Sequence record: MT446408.1
Strand: one strand, 5' to 3'
Origin: Escherichia virus TH35
DNA length: 64,000 nt
A model generated the notes under the pieces. That model ran no database searches. It had not been told where the DNA came from and saw only the letters and a program-made list of their open reading frames with translations. Of the stretch, positions 17,998 through 26,648 are shown one piece after another. A program made the position numbers and the translations under genes. How positions within the stretch are numbered: the stretch's first letter is position 1; the number at the start of each line of letters is the position of its first letter.

Positions 17998-18642
17998 TTA
18001 CATGACTGCTAGTGCATCCTTGTAACGCTTTCTTCGCAACTCACCGTGGTTCGCTGCGTTCGGCGCGGCCCCATTAATCCGCTTAACGGTTGAATCAAAA
18101 TTCCCTGCATCCGCAAGAGGAATACAACCACTATTCTTAAAGAACCATGCCGCGCTGTCGGCAATGTATTTTGGTTCAGTCAGAATATCAGGATTGTTCA
18201 ATGCATCATAGCCTGATTGACGCGTATATTCAGCATAGTTCGCTTTGCCAGTCAGCTGAATGGCACCACGGCCACGGTACTTCCAACCGTCGCCAGATGC
18301 TACCGAACCGTTGCCCATGCGGTTTGCGTATGTATTATTGGCGATTTCCATAGGTTTACGTGCAATCGACAGGGCCAATGAGTTCGGGGCGCTTCCAGCA
18401 CGACCGTTGACGCTGTAACGACTAGGCCATGTATTGGCAAGGCCCTGTGCAGAGTAGTTGAGATTTTCCACAAAGGTCTTCAAGCCGCCCGTCTCTACTC
18501 CTACGTTTGCAAGGAATGCTGCAATGGCATTCTTGCTTTTTATTCCGTAGTGCTCACAAGCCTGCTTGAAAGGATCCACCCAATTTTCTGCAACATCCGT
18601 GCTGCATCCTGTCCCTTTAGATATTACGTTTGCATTAATCAT
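17998..18642 (-). CDS. endolysin, glycoside hydrolase family 19 (chitinase-like)
   Basis: AAFLANVGVETGG and KYRGRGAIQLTGKANY match GH19 catalytic-region motifs; AAGGTG RBS. Confidence 0.8.
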   Translation of the reverse strand: MINANVISKGTGCSTDVAENWVDPFKQACEHYGIKSKNAIAAFLANVGVETGGLKTFVENLNYSAQGLANTWPSRYSVNGRAGSAPNSLALSIARKPMEIANNTYANRMGNGSVASGDGWKYRGRGAIQLTGKANYAEYTRQSGYDALNNPDILTEPKYIADSAAWFFKNSGCIPLADAGNFDSTVKRINGAAPNAANHGELRRKRYKDALAVM

Positions 18643-18650
18643 AAATCACC

Positions 18651-20438
18651 TTATGCGCTTCTGTACCAGCCATTCAAAACAACGTATCGCGGCAAAGTCG
18701 CAACAGCCGTTGGCACCGACTGCCCTGCATTGCCAGTGTTACCGACCACATCGTGAGTGTGAGCGGGAAGGGTATAGCTGTGGCTGTGATTGCCAGCGTA
18801 ATTTATATTCAACCCATGGGTGTGTGATCCAGAAGATTGAATATTATGAACGTGGTTGCCATTAGTTGACGTATTGTATTTGTAGTTATCCCAGTCGCCG
18901 CCTTTGCGACTTCCGAAGTTGTTGTGTGTCCCATCATAAACGCCGTACCGCGCATCGCTAGTATTGGCTTCACCCCAGCTACTGTCATGGTGGTGGTTGC
19001 CTGCCGTGTCCATTCCGTGCACGTGAGCGCCGTTTTGACTGGTATCGCCTGTGTGGTTGTGGTTGCCTGCGTCTCCAGTGGTATTGGACCATGGACCACT
19101 TTGTCGCGTGGTAATGTTCACGCTGTGATTGTGGAGAGGAAGCATGGCGGCGGTAAGGGTAACAGAGTCTGCTCCGCCTGTATCAAGACCGTTTCGTGCA
19201 GCGCCGGACGTGCGAATCACCATGTTATCAGGCAGTCGTGTCCATACCTGGCCGTAAGCGCCCAGTTTAGTATTCGGGTTGGTCCCGTTGGTGAGGAATC
19301 GAGTCTCACCGACTTCGAACACATCACCCATAGTGATCAACTTCGCAGCCAAAGCATCGAGTTGGCGCTTTGTAACAAACTGTTGCGGCTCAGTAGCATC
19401 AACGCCGATTTGCGCCGCGCCAAACGCCTGAAGGAGACGCCAAACAGTTCCGTCATAAATGATGGTGAATGGCAGCAATCCTACGATAGCGCCAGCTGGC
19501 AACTCGCCGCCGTCGAATCCAAGAACGGCAACTTTGTTTACACCAATGGTCACGGTGACAGGTCCGGTAGTCGTTACATCATTGACGATTGTCAGGCGAC
19601 TACCTGCTGACGGAGGCCATGAATACCCTGCTGGAACGGTGAGAATTATATCTTGCGCGCCTTTACCTGATGCAAGATTCGGCGTTCCAATTTGCACATC
19701 TTGAACAGTGGCATTTTGAATCCAAGCACTCCAAGCACCAGAAGTATAAGAGCGAGTAAACAAATAGCCATTCATTGATGTATATTGCTGCAAGGCAAAG
19801 GTTTGCGCATCGACCTGCCAAGCGCAGACCTGCAGTCGACCTGCAACCTTCGTTGCGCCAACCGCATTCGGGATGTTAGAGCACAGAGCGGCGACGGCAT
19901 CGGATTGAATGACGATAGTTGTGGATGTCGTGATGTTATCGAAGTCCACAAAACTTGAAATCAATCCGCGAACAAAGTACGGGTTTTGCGCATCGCCGCC
20001 AGCAGGCATCGGAATGTATTTTCGCGCTTCGCTGGGCAGTGTTAATTCCTGCCAAGATTCCGTTTCTCCGTTAGCTGGGACGGCGCTTGTGTTGCCGTCG
20101 ACCACGCTCTGAAAGATGCGCCACTCAGGTGCTGAAGGCGTTCCAGAGTTGCTGACAACGATGGCATTTTTCGGGTATCCATCAGGCTTCAAGTCAGAAG
20201 AGAAATATTGTTGAGCGCCATGATCTTGAATAAACATAAGGTTGTCTGTGATCAAATTCAGCAACCAGTTCATCGATTCGCGCTCAACAGCTTTCGCGGC
20301 GACGTTTCCAGCCTCCAGAGCAAGCGCATAGTCAGGGGTGTAGCCGCGCTGGAAGTTTACATAACCGCTTGGGCTTGCATCCGGCACCACGGATACATCA
20401 CCGCTTTGCGCGAAAGGTCTGTTAATAAGTGTTGGCAT
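18651..20438 (-). CDS. tail fiber protein with His-rich HxH repeat C-terminal region
   Basis: start set at ATG 20438 (GAGGAA RBS, clears upstream stop at 20449); C-terminal NHNH/GNHSH/HTH repeats as in T4 gp37/gp12-type fiber tips. Confidence 0.7.
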   Translation of the reverse strand: MPTLINRPFAQSGDVSVVPDASPSGYVNFQRGYTPDYALALEAGNVAAKAVERESMNWLLNLITDNLMFIQDHGAQQYFSSDLKPDGYPKNAIVVSNSGTPSAPEWRIFQSVVDGNTSAVPANGETESWQELTLPSEARKYIPMPAGGDAQNPYFVRGLISSFVDFDNITTSTTIVIQSDAVAALCSNIPNAVGATKVAGRLQVCAWQVDAQTFALQQYTSMNGYLFTRSYTSGAWSAWIQNATVQDVQIGTPNLASGKGAQDIILTVPAGYSWPPSAGSRLTIVNDVTTTGPVTVTIGVNKVAVLGFDGGELPAGAIVGLLPFTIIYDGTVWRLLQAFGAAQIGVDATEPQQFVTKRQLDALAAKLITMGDVFEVGETRFLTNGTNPNTKLGAYGQVWTRLPDNMVIRTSGAARNGLDTGGADSVTLTAAMLPLHNHSVNITTRQSGPWSNTTGDAGNHNHTGDTSQNGAHVHGMDTAGNHHHDSSWGEANTSDARYGVYDGTHNNFGSRKGGDWDNYKYNTSTNGNHVHNIQSSGSHTHGLNINYAGNHSHSYTLPAHTHDVVGNTGNAGQSVPTAVATLPRYVVLNGWYRSA

Positions 20439-20448
20439 TGCCGTTCCT

Positions 20449-23187
20449 CTACACGATGTATTTAATTTTTGATAAAAGGGTCGATGCCCAATCACCAGTC
20501 AAGTCAGTTATATTCATGCTTGAAACATAACCGCCAGCAGCACTTCTTGGAAAGTTTACTGTCGCTACAACATCACCATTCGAAGCTATCAATTGAACTC
20601 CAGTCGCCAGTGACCCTGGGTTTTTGATGTATATAGAAGTTGCAGTTTTCTTTGCAAAATCTTCGCTTGTTGAAATCGCAAGCGCATTCATCGTATTACC
20701 AGAAACAAGCATCAAGCTTAAAATATCAAGTTCAAGAGTCGTACCAACTTCGGTCGGCAAGTCTTTCCCTGATATCAAACCAATGCTGATTCCACCTGTC
20801 GAACCATCCCAAGTCGTTCCTGCAACAATCTCAGCGGCAAGGTCAATTTCGATACGTTGCAAATCACCTGCGCCTATGCTGTAGAATTTAGGGATATAGC
20901 CGCCCATACCATCCGGTACGGTTACGAAAAGTTTTTGACCGTTTACCGTGTTGTTTTTAACTATTGCGATAAATGACAAAGGACCAGTCAGGTTGCCAGT
21001 GTATTTAGTAGCAAGTACAGCGCGTGCATAACCGGACGCTGGCACAGTCCCTATTGTAGCGGAAAGCTTGAATGATGGGAACTGGTTGGGCACACCGCTG
21101 ATTGGCGTCGCCGTTACCGTGTTATCTCCGTCCTTGATGATATTGCCAAAAGATGTGCCGTCATTGGGCTGTGTGTATCGCCAGTAGTTTGTGATCGCGG
21201 CACGTGGGATTTCACGACCAAAGTCATCTCTTGATGCTTTTGAGATTGAATAGTCGTTGACAAGCGCGCCATCGATAACTTGGTTAACACCTTTCAGAGA
21301 CTCAAGCTGTCGTATTACGCCTTTAAAGTTGTTCAGCGGCCACTCGTTTATGCCGCCAACTCTGATGATCCCGTCAGTGTTAATCCATGCGACACCTTCC
21401 GTTTCGAATCCAACTCGCGTGTCTGTTATGTTGCTGACAGTCAAATCAATATCAGATAAGTCTGCGACTTCTTGGTAAAGTTGCCAACGTATTCCGGCAT
21501 TTGCTGGCAAGAATCCTTCATTCCTGTCGCCAACTAGCGTCTTAAAGTTATCAGACAAGTTGTTGGCGAAATAAGGTCCGATAACATATTCCATGTAATA
21601 GTCAGCGGTCGGCGGCGGCGGTACTCCGTCCAATCGGCTAACGTTCCATGAGCGTCTGATTCCGTCTGTTTCTGCGATTAGAGTGGCGTTTCCTGGGTAC
21701 GGGTAGCCGCCGATTGAACCAGAGTACGCAAGTGATGACCCAGGCTGCATAAATGACTCGCCCACCACGCCATTTCTTGTCGTCAACGGACCGTTTGCGC
21801 AAGAAATGTTGTTGAGCGTTCCTGCCGTAACAGACAAAATTGCTGTGCCATCTGCAGGCGGATTTTGAGTCCCATAGAAATAAGGCTCAGGCCCATTAGG
21901 ATTCTGAACAGGGTCGCAAACACAAATTGAGTATCCAAAAAGAAGCGCATCAGACCCTTCAGGCAATTCGCGAGTCTGAGTTGATCCAGCGGCAGTCGCT
22001 TTCAACTCAATTGAAAAGCTTGTGTTTACCCCAGCTGTCGCGTTCGCAGTTTGTTCTACAATCCAGATTCTGTACCAATCGCCGCCGATTGCCTTGATGC
22101 CACCACGGTTTGATTCCCTTCTCACACCGTCGAACTTGCCTGTGATGAAATAACTCAAAGAAGAGTCAAGGTTGAACTGCCCAGTCACTGGGTCGAAAAG
22201 TTTTCCATTACTCGATGCATCACTATTCTCTGTTACGGAAACAGAAGCCACGTTTTCAGAAAGCACTTTTATGTAGAAGCTATAGCAAACGTTGACACCA
22301 GCCTGAGAAGGAAGCGCAATAGATTGGGCGCTTGGATTGCTGGCCAAAGAATACACAGGCTCGCCGCTGGAAGCGGTTTTGATGACCCGTACTGCGTTGG
22401 CGAAATTCTCTATGGCTTCTCCTGGGTAATCACCACACAGCTGGCCGTAATAGTCAGGGCCGCCATATTGGCGTGTATCACCGCCGACAATACCAGTGCC
22501 GGACCCGTTACCCCATGAATACCAGTCTGGGTGTGCCATTCGCGAAACGGTCCCTGCCACCCCACTTATGGTAAGTCCTGCGTTGTTGCCGTGACTCAAA
22601 AGAACTTGTTTATAATCGTGCTGAATCTCAGTTGACCCCTGCCAGTCGTACAGAAGGAATGAACCGTTTGTTGATTCAGAAGAAGACACCGCGCCTTGAG
22701 TATTGTCTGTCACGTATGCATAGCGCGATGAAGAGTAATCCCAATCTTCTCCACGGTTAAAAATCCACTTAAGCATACGGTTGATGCTTTCGATGCGGCC
22801 ATCACTTGTAAGCGTCAGATAACGAAGCTTCAGAAGGATGCGCGCTTCTTCAATGTTTTTCACAACCTTTCCGCCAGCACCAAAGAAGTTGCCGCCGATA
22901 TTGTCCGGCCCTTCAAAGTTGTCGCGTGTTGGCCCGAATGCCCAGTTGTGCTCATAGTTACTTAAGTCAACAAAGTCTCTTGGGATGCATAGGATGTCGC
23001 ACCAAATATAAATGCCCATTGCGTCACAAGTATCAATGTTGAATATGTTCTTGTACCAGTCAATCCAAAACTGATCTTGATATCGCTCATACCAGTCACT
23101 TTTCTTCTGAACCAAAGATGTGATGTTTGGCGCGTTGTTTTGCATCCACTTAAGGTTTTGCAACAGGTTTGTGTCAAACTTTTGCAT
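20449..23187 (-). CDS. large tail/baseplate protein (912 aa)
   Basis: position between baseplate genes and fiber; Gly/Ser/Thr-rich; GAGGA RBS. Confidence 0.55.
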   Translation of the reverse strand: MQKFDTNLLQNLKWMQNNAPNITSLVQKKSDWYERYQDQFWIDWYKNIFNIDTCDAMGIYIWCDILCIPRDFVDLSNYEHNWAFGPTRDNFEGPDNIGGNFFGAGGKVVKNIEEARILLKLRYLTLTSDGRIESINRMLKWIFNRGEDWDYSSSRYAYVTDNTQGAVSSSESTNGSFLLYDWQGSTEIQHDYKQVLLSHGNNAGLTISGVAGTVSRMAHPDWYSWGNGSGTGIVGGDTRQYGGPDYYGQLCGDYPGEAIENFANAVRVIKTASSGEPVYSLASNPSAQSIALPSQAGVNVCYSFYIKVLSENVASVSVTENSDASSNGKLFDPVTGQFNLDSSLSYFITGKFDGVRRESNRGGIKAIGGDWYRIWIVEQTANATAGVNTSFSIELKATAAGSTQTRELPEGSDALLFGYSICVCDPVQNPNGPEPYFYGTQNPPADGTAILSVTAGTLNNISCANGPLTTRNGVVGESFMQPGSSLAYSGSIGGYPYPGNATLIAETDGIRRSWNVSRLDGVPPPPTADYYMEYVIGPYFANNLSDNFKTLVGDRNEGFLPANAGIRWQLYQEVADLSDIDLTVSNITDTRVGFETEGVAWINTDGIIRVGGINEWPLNNFKGVIRQLESLKGVNQVIDGALVNDYSISKASRDDFGREIPRAAITNYWRYTQPNDGTSFGNIIKDGDNTVTATPISGVPNQFPSFKLSATIGTVPASGYARAVLATKYTGNLTGPLSFIAIVKNNTVNGQKLFVTVPDGMGGYIPKFYSIGAGDLQRIEIDLAAEIVAGTTWDGSTGGISIGLISGKDLPTEVGTTLELDILSLMLVSGNTMNALAISTSEDFAKKTATSIYIKNPGSLATGVQLIASNGDVVATVNFPRSAAGGYVSSMNITDLTGDWASTLLSKIKYIV

Positions 23188-23193
23188 AGTTCC

Positions 23194-24465
23194 TCACACA
23201 AATTTAACGTTGATGAAGCCGCGCATAGTATTGGCCTTATCCCAAGGATTGGCAATCCACTCGCTGCCATAATCGGAAGGGTAAGTTGGCGCTGCCTGTC
23301 CGCTTTTAACTGCTGCAATTTTGCAATCTTTGATATAAAGTCCTGGATATTCGCAGGATACTGCTGAAGCAATTTCAAAAGAAGATTGAGATTGACCTAC
23401 TGTATATCCCTGCTCACCGTTAAAATTGCCATTGCCGTAATTCAGCACAGCGGCAATGATAGACTCAGCATCAGCGGTCGCCGTTCCTCTTGAAACGGTT
23501 ATATCAACATACAAATCATATATCACTGCAGTGTTAAATTTGACGAAATAAGACAACTGTGATTCTGCATCGACCACTTCGATTCCATCAGGCGAGTTTA
23601 CCGGATTGCCTTGATTAGTGGCACCAAAGTCCCAAGGTTGACCGCCCATCTTCGCCTTGAATATCGTCTCCGCAAACACTTGCTTGTCAAATGTTCCGCT
23701 TGCGCACACCCAAACACCGTTAGGCGTTGAGAAGGTAATGCCGCGCACCGTTCCAGGCACTCCTGTGTCATTCTCCACGACCATCACAGACTCTACACCG
23801 TCGACCGACATGGCGCGAGCGCGGATGGCACCAAGCGATGCAATGCCCTGCTGGTAAAGACGCTTAACGCGAGCGGCCTTTAATGCTCCGTCGCCCATGT
23901 ATTGTGTTCCTGGCACGGTCGTCGTTTCCGACGTTGAATAAGTTCTTGACCATCCGATGACGTCATAACCTTGCACCACTGTGAACTCTTCATCAGGTGC
24001 AACAGTGAATGATCCATAGTCTTTTGACGCAAGAGTCATATTGCTTGTCTTGCCAGTCGAAGCGATTTGAACGTCTTCCAGCACATACCAGTATGTACCA
24101 TTTGAATCAGTAAGAAGACTTCCAGCAGGAATTTCCAGCAGCGGCGTTCCCTCTGCAGTCACACCTTTCAGCATCGTGCTTACGTTTTTTGTGCGCTCGA
24201 TACCAAGAAGCGCCGCGATTGCATCAAGATATACTCCATATGAGTAGTTAGGGTTGATGAGACTTCCCAATTCGGCATTGTTCTTCATCACTGAAGTTCT
24301 TGCCAACGTCTCTGTTGCGATTAGCGTGCCTTGCGGCGTCGAAGCATCAACATCAAGCCCGACCCCTAAAGACTCAATCCATTCACCTTGAACATCAGCC
24401 AATAAATCTGCCGTGTCAATGGTGATCACACCAGTGCTTACTATGTAAGAATATTGTGCACTCAT
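23194..24465 (-). CDS. putative baseplate protein (J-like)
   Basis: 423 aa, synteny in baseplate module; no motif confirmed. Confidence 0.45.
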   Translation of the reverse strand: MSAQYSYIVSTGVITIDTADLLADVQGEWIESLGVGLDVDASTPQGTLIATETLARTSVMKNNAELGSLINPNYSYGVYLDAIAALLGIERTKNVSTMLKGVTAEGTPLLEIPAGSLLTDSNGTYWYVLEDVQIASTGKTSNMTLASKDYGSFTVAPDEEFTVVQGYDVIGWSRTYSTSETTTVPGTQYMGDGALKAARVKRLYQQGIASLGAIRARAMSVDGVESVMVVENDTGVPGTVRGITFSTPNGVWVCASGTFDKQVFAETIFKAKMGGQPWDFGATNQGNPVNSPDGIEVVDAESQLSYFVKFNTAVIYDLYVDITVSRGTATADAESIIAAVLNYGNGNFNGEQGYTVGQSQSSFEIASAVSCEYPGLYIKDCKIAAVKSGQAAPTYPSDYGSEWIANPWDKANTMRGFINVKFV

Positions 24466-25190
24466 TCTATCATATTCCCAGTTCTGTTTCCAGGCCCGTT
24501 ACCGATATGCCCGTGAGTGGATACATCAATGCCGCCGACCGTTGTGCCAGTCGGAAGCGTTGCCGTCGTTCCTTCTTTGCCTTCTATCCCGCCATTGAAT
24601 GTTGCCTTTCCATTTACTATCAATTGTTGATCGATAGTGGTTATCGGGGTCTTGACGTTTACTCCAGCAGACGCAGTTATGTTTATTGAGTCATCGCTTA
24701 GTGCAATTCTCACAGCGCCGCTGAGGGATTGAATTACCATTGACCCCGCATCCTCTCCGCTTATGGTGTATTTTCGGAATACATCCGGTATGAACAGTCC
24801 ATCAGCGAAAGTTTTTACACGGCCATTGGTAGGCGCGGTCGGCTTCAATTCTTCAAGGAATGTCGACAACTCGCGGTCGCCAGCGAATATCCAGCCCAAG
24901 TCGCCTTCCTTCAAAGGGAAGTTGATCACGAATCCGCCGCCGCCGATTGCCAGTACCGGAATTGACACCAAAGGTTGACGCTCCACTGGCTTATCATCAA
25001 GACTTACGAAATGAATAACAGGTTTTATGACTGCTAAATTTTTCTTGCGGTCATAAGATATTACTTGCGCAGGAATCATGCCATCAGTGGTATACTTGCC
25101 ACGGTCCAGCATTCCCTGAAGCGCGGCAAACATACTTGATTTGTCAGTTTGGTTGGGGCTTGTAAGTTGGGTTAACTTTTCTGCCATCAT
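24462..25190 (-). CDS. putative baseplate central spike/hub protein
   Basis: start at ATG 25190 after AAGGAG RBS; C-terminal Gly-rich tip with STHGHIGNG (HxH). Confidence 0.4.
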   Translation of the reverse strand: MMAEKLTQLTSPNQTDKSSMFAALQGMLDRGKYTTDGMIPAQVISYDRKKNLAVIKPVIHFVSLDDKPVERQPLVSIPVLAIGGGGFVINFPLKEGDLGWIFAGDRELSTFLEELKPTAPTNGRVKTFADGLFIPDVFRKYTISGEDAGSMVIQSLSGAVRIALSDDSINITASAGVNVKTPITTIDQQLIVNGKATFNGGIEGKEGTTATLPTGTTVGGIDVSTHGHIGNGPGNRTGNMIE

Positions 25191-25247
25191 AGACTCCTTA
25201 TATCTGATCAACAAATTATAATCTATAAGGAGTCTATAAGCAATATT

Positions 25248-25769
25248 TTAGCGATTTGACTTTGATTCTTTAATGGCAGCTTCGTTTGAGTAGGCTTCAT
25301 TAAGTGATTTTGCTATTAAACCATCAAACATGGCAAATGCATCACGCAGTGAATAGTATTCTTCCAACTCCTTTAAAGATGCAAGGCCGTTATTTATTAG
25401 ACTTGCAACCATTGGCTCAAGATAATTAGGCTCTACTGTCGGTGCATCAGCCAAGAATCTATTTGGAATTTTGGTGCTTTTCCAATCGCTAAGGAATCCA
25501 AAGTTGTGCTTTTTAACGGCTTCCATCAATACTTTCAACACAAGATTAGGCGGCAAGTGATTAGGAATACTTTTCACTTCCTCACTAATTACTTTTTCAG
25601 AATTAAGCCTTACTTTGGACCCGTCATATTTGATCACATAACATTCACTCAATAATTCAAGTGGAGTTAATATACTTATGTCATCCACCATTTCAAATGC
25701 ATCTATTGCGCTAAATTGATGAATTTCATAAGTCACGCCAAACAAGTCGATTATTTTATTCTTTCTCAT
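25248..25769 (-). CDS. hypothetical tail protein (173 aa)
   Basis: ORF in tail module. Confidence 0.45.
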   Translation of the reverse strand: MRKNKIIDLFGVTYEIHQFSAIDAFEMVDDISILTPLELLSECYVIKYDGSKVRLNSEKVISEEVKSIPNHLPPNLVLKVLMEAVKKHNFGFLSDWKSTKIPNRFLADAPTVEPNYLEPMVASLINNGLASLKELEEYYSLRDAFAMFDGLIAKSLNEAYSNEAAIKESKSNR

Positions 25770-25771
25770 AT

Positions 25772-26644
25772 TTATGCCGATGGTGCAACGCCGCCCGTCA
25801 CCGTAAATATATCATCACGACTCGCTAAATCATATTCAAGTTGCATGATGACAAATGTGGTGTCGTTCAAGCTTGGGTTTAAGACTGATTTGAATTTAAC
25901 ACCTTGTGCAAGCTTCAAATCTGCGTTATACATACAAGTGAAGTCTGCACCCCACTCGTTCCACATCGGTATTCCGACAAATTCCTCAATGACCGTAATC
26001 TGGTCTGGATTTAGAATTTTGTCTTTATCCTTGACAATTAACGTATCGTCATCAATGTATGCCGCGATGGAGTTGCGTTGATAGTTCTGGATCTCAAGCA
26101 GCAGCGCAGCAGCAACATATGTCGTTCTTCCTGGATTCACAAGTCGCTGATTGTTAATCGACGTATCACAAATAACAGTATCGATGTCCATTTGTTTTGC
26201 AGACCATTCCACAAACTCTTTGAAAGTCGGGTTGGATGGCGCAGCTTGAGTGATGAACTTAGTTCTGTTTATTTGGTTGGTGTAGCAAGTGATTCTGATG
26301 ACAATATTCGGCGGCGGCGCTGTTATCTCAACTGTCGTCACCTGTCCCTTGTATACCAAGTTGCTGCTGATGACACTCCCTTCTCTGTATCCAGCTTCAA
26401 TAGTCACGTTGACGTAGTTCGCCGCCAGCTGGCCTTGATCACGCAGACGTTTGTTGAATGCCGTGAAGTTGGAAAGCAGGTACTCTCTCAAGTACCCTGT
26501 TAATCCTGCGACTTCAATCGTTGCCTTATTCTGAACGGAAAGTGCTGCCTTTTTGATTCGGCATCTAAGCATCAATCCTTCGTCAAGCACTTGACTTGTG
26601 CCATCCGGCATGGATAAGGTGACTTTAAGGATTCTCTTTTTCAA
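25772..26644 (-). CDS. hypothetical tail/baseplate protein (290 aa)
   Basis: ORF immediately downstream of tape measure gene. Confidence 0.45.
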   Translation of the reverse strand: MKKRILKVTLSMPDGTSQVLDEGLMLRCRIKKAALSVQNKATIEVAGLTGYLREYLLSNFTAFNKRLRDQGQLAANYVNVTIEAGYREGSVISSNLVYKGQVTTVEITAPPPNIVIRITCYTNQINRTKFITQAAPSNPTFKEFVEWSAKQMDIDTVICDTSINNQRLVNPGRTTYVAAALLLEIQNYQRNSIAAYIDDDTLIVKDKDKILNPDQITVIEEFVGIPMWNEWGADFTCMYNADLKLAQGVKFKSVLNPSLNDTTFVIMQLEYDLASRDDIFTVTGGVAPSA

Positions 26645-26648
26645 ATGA

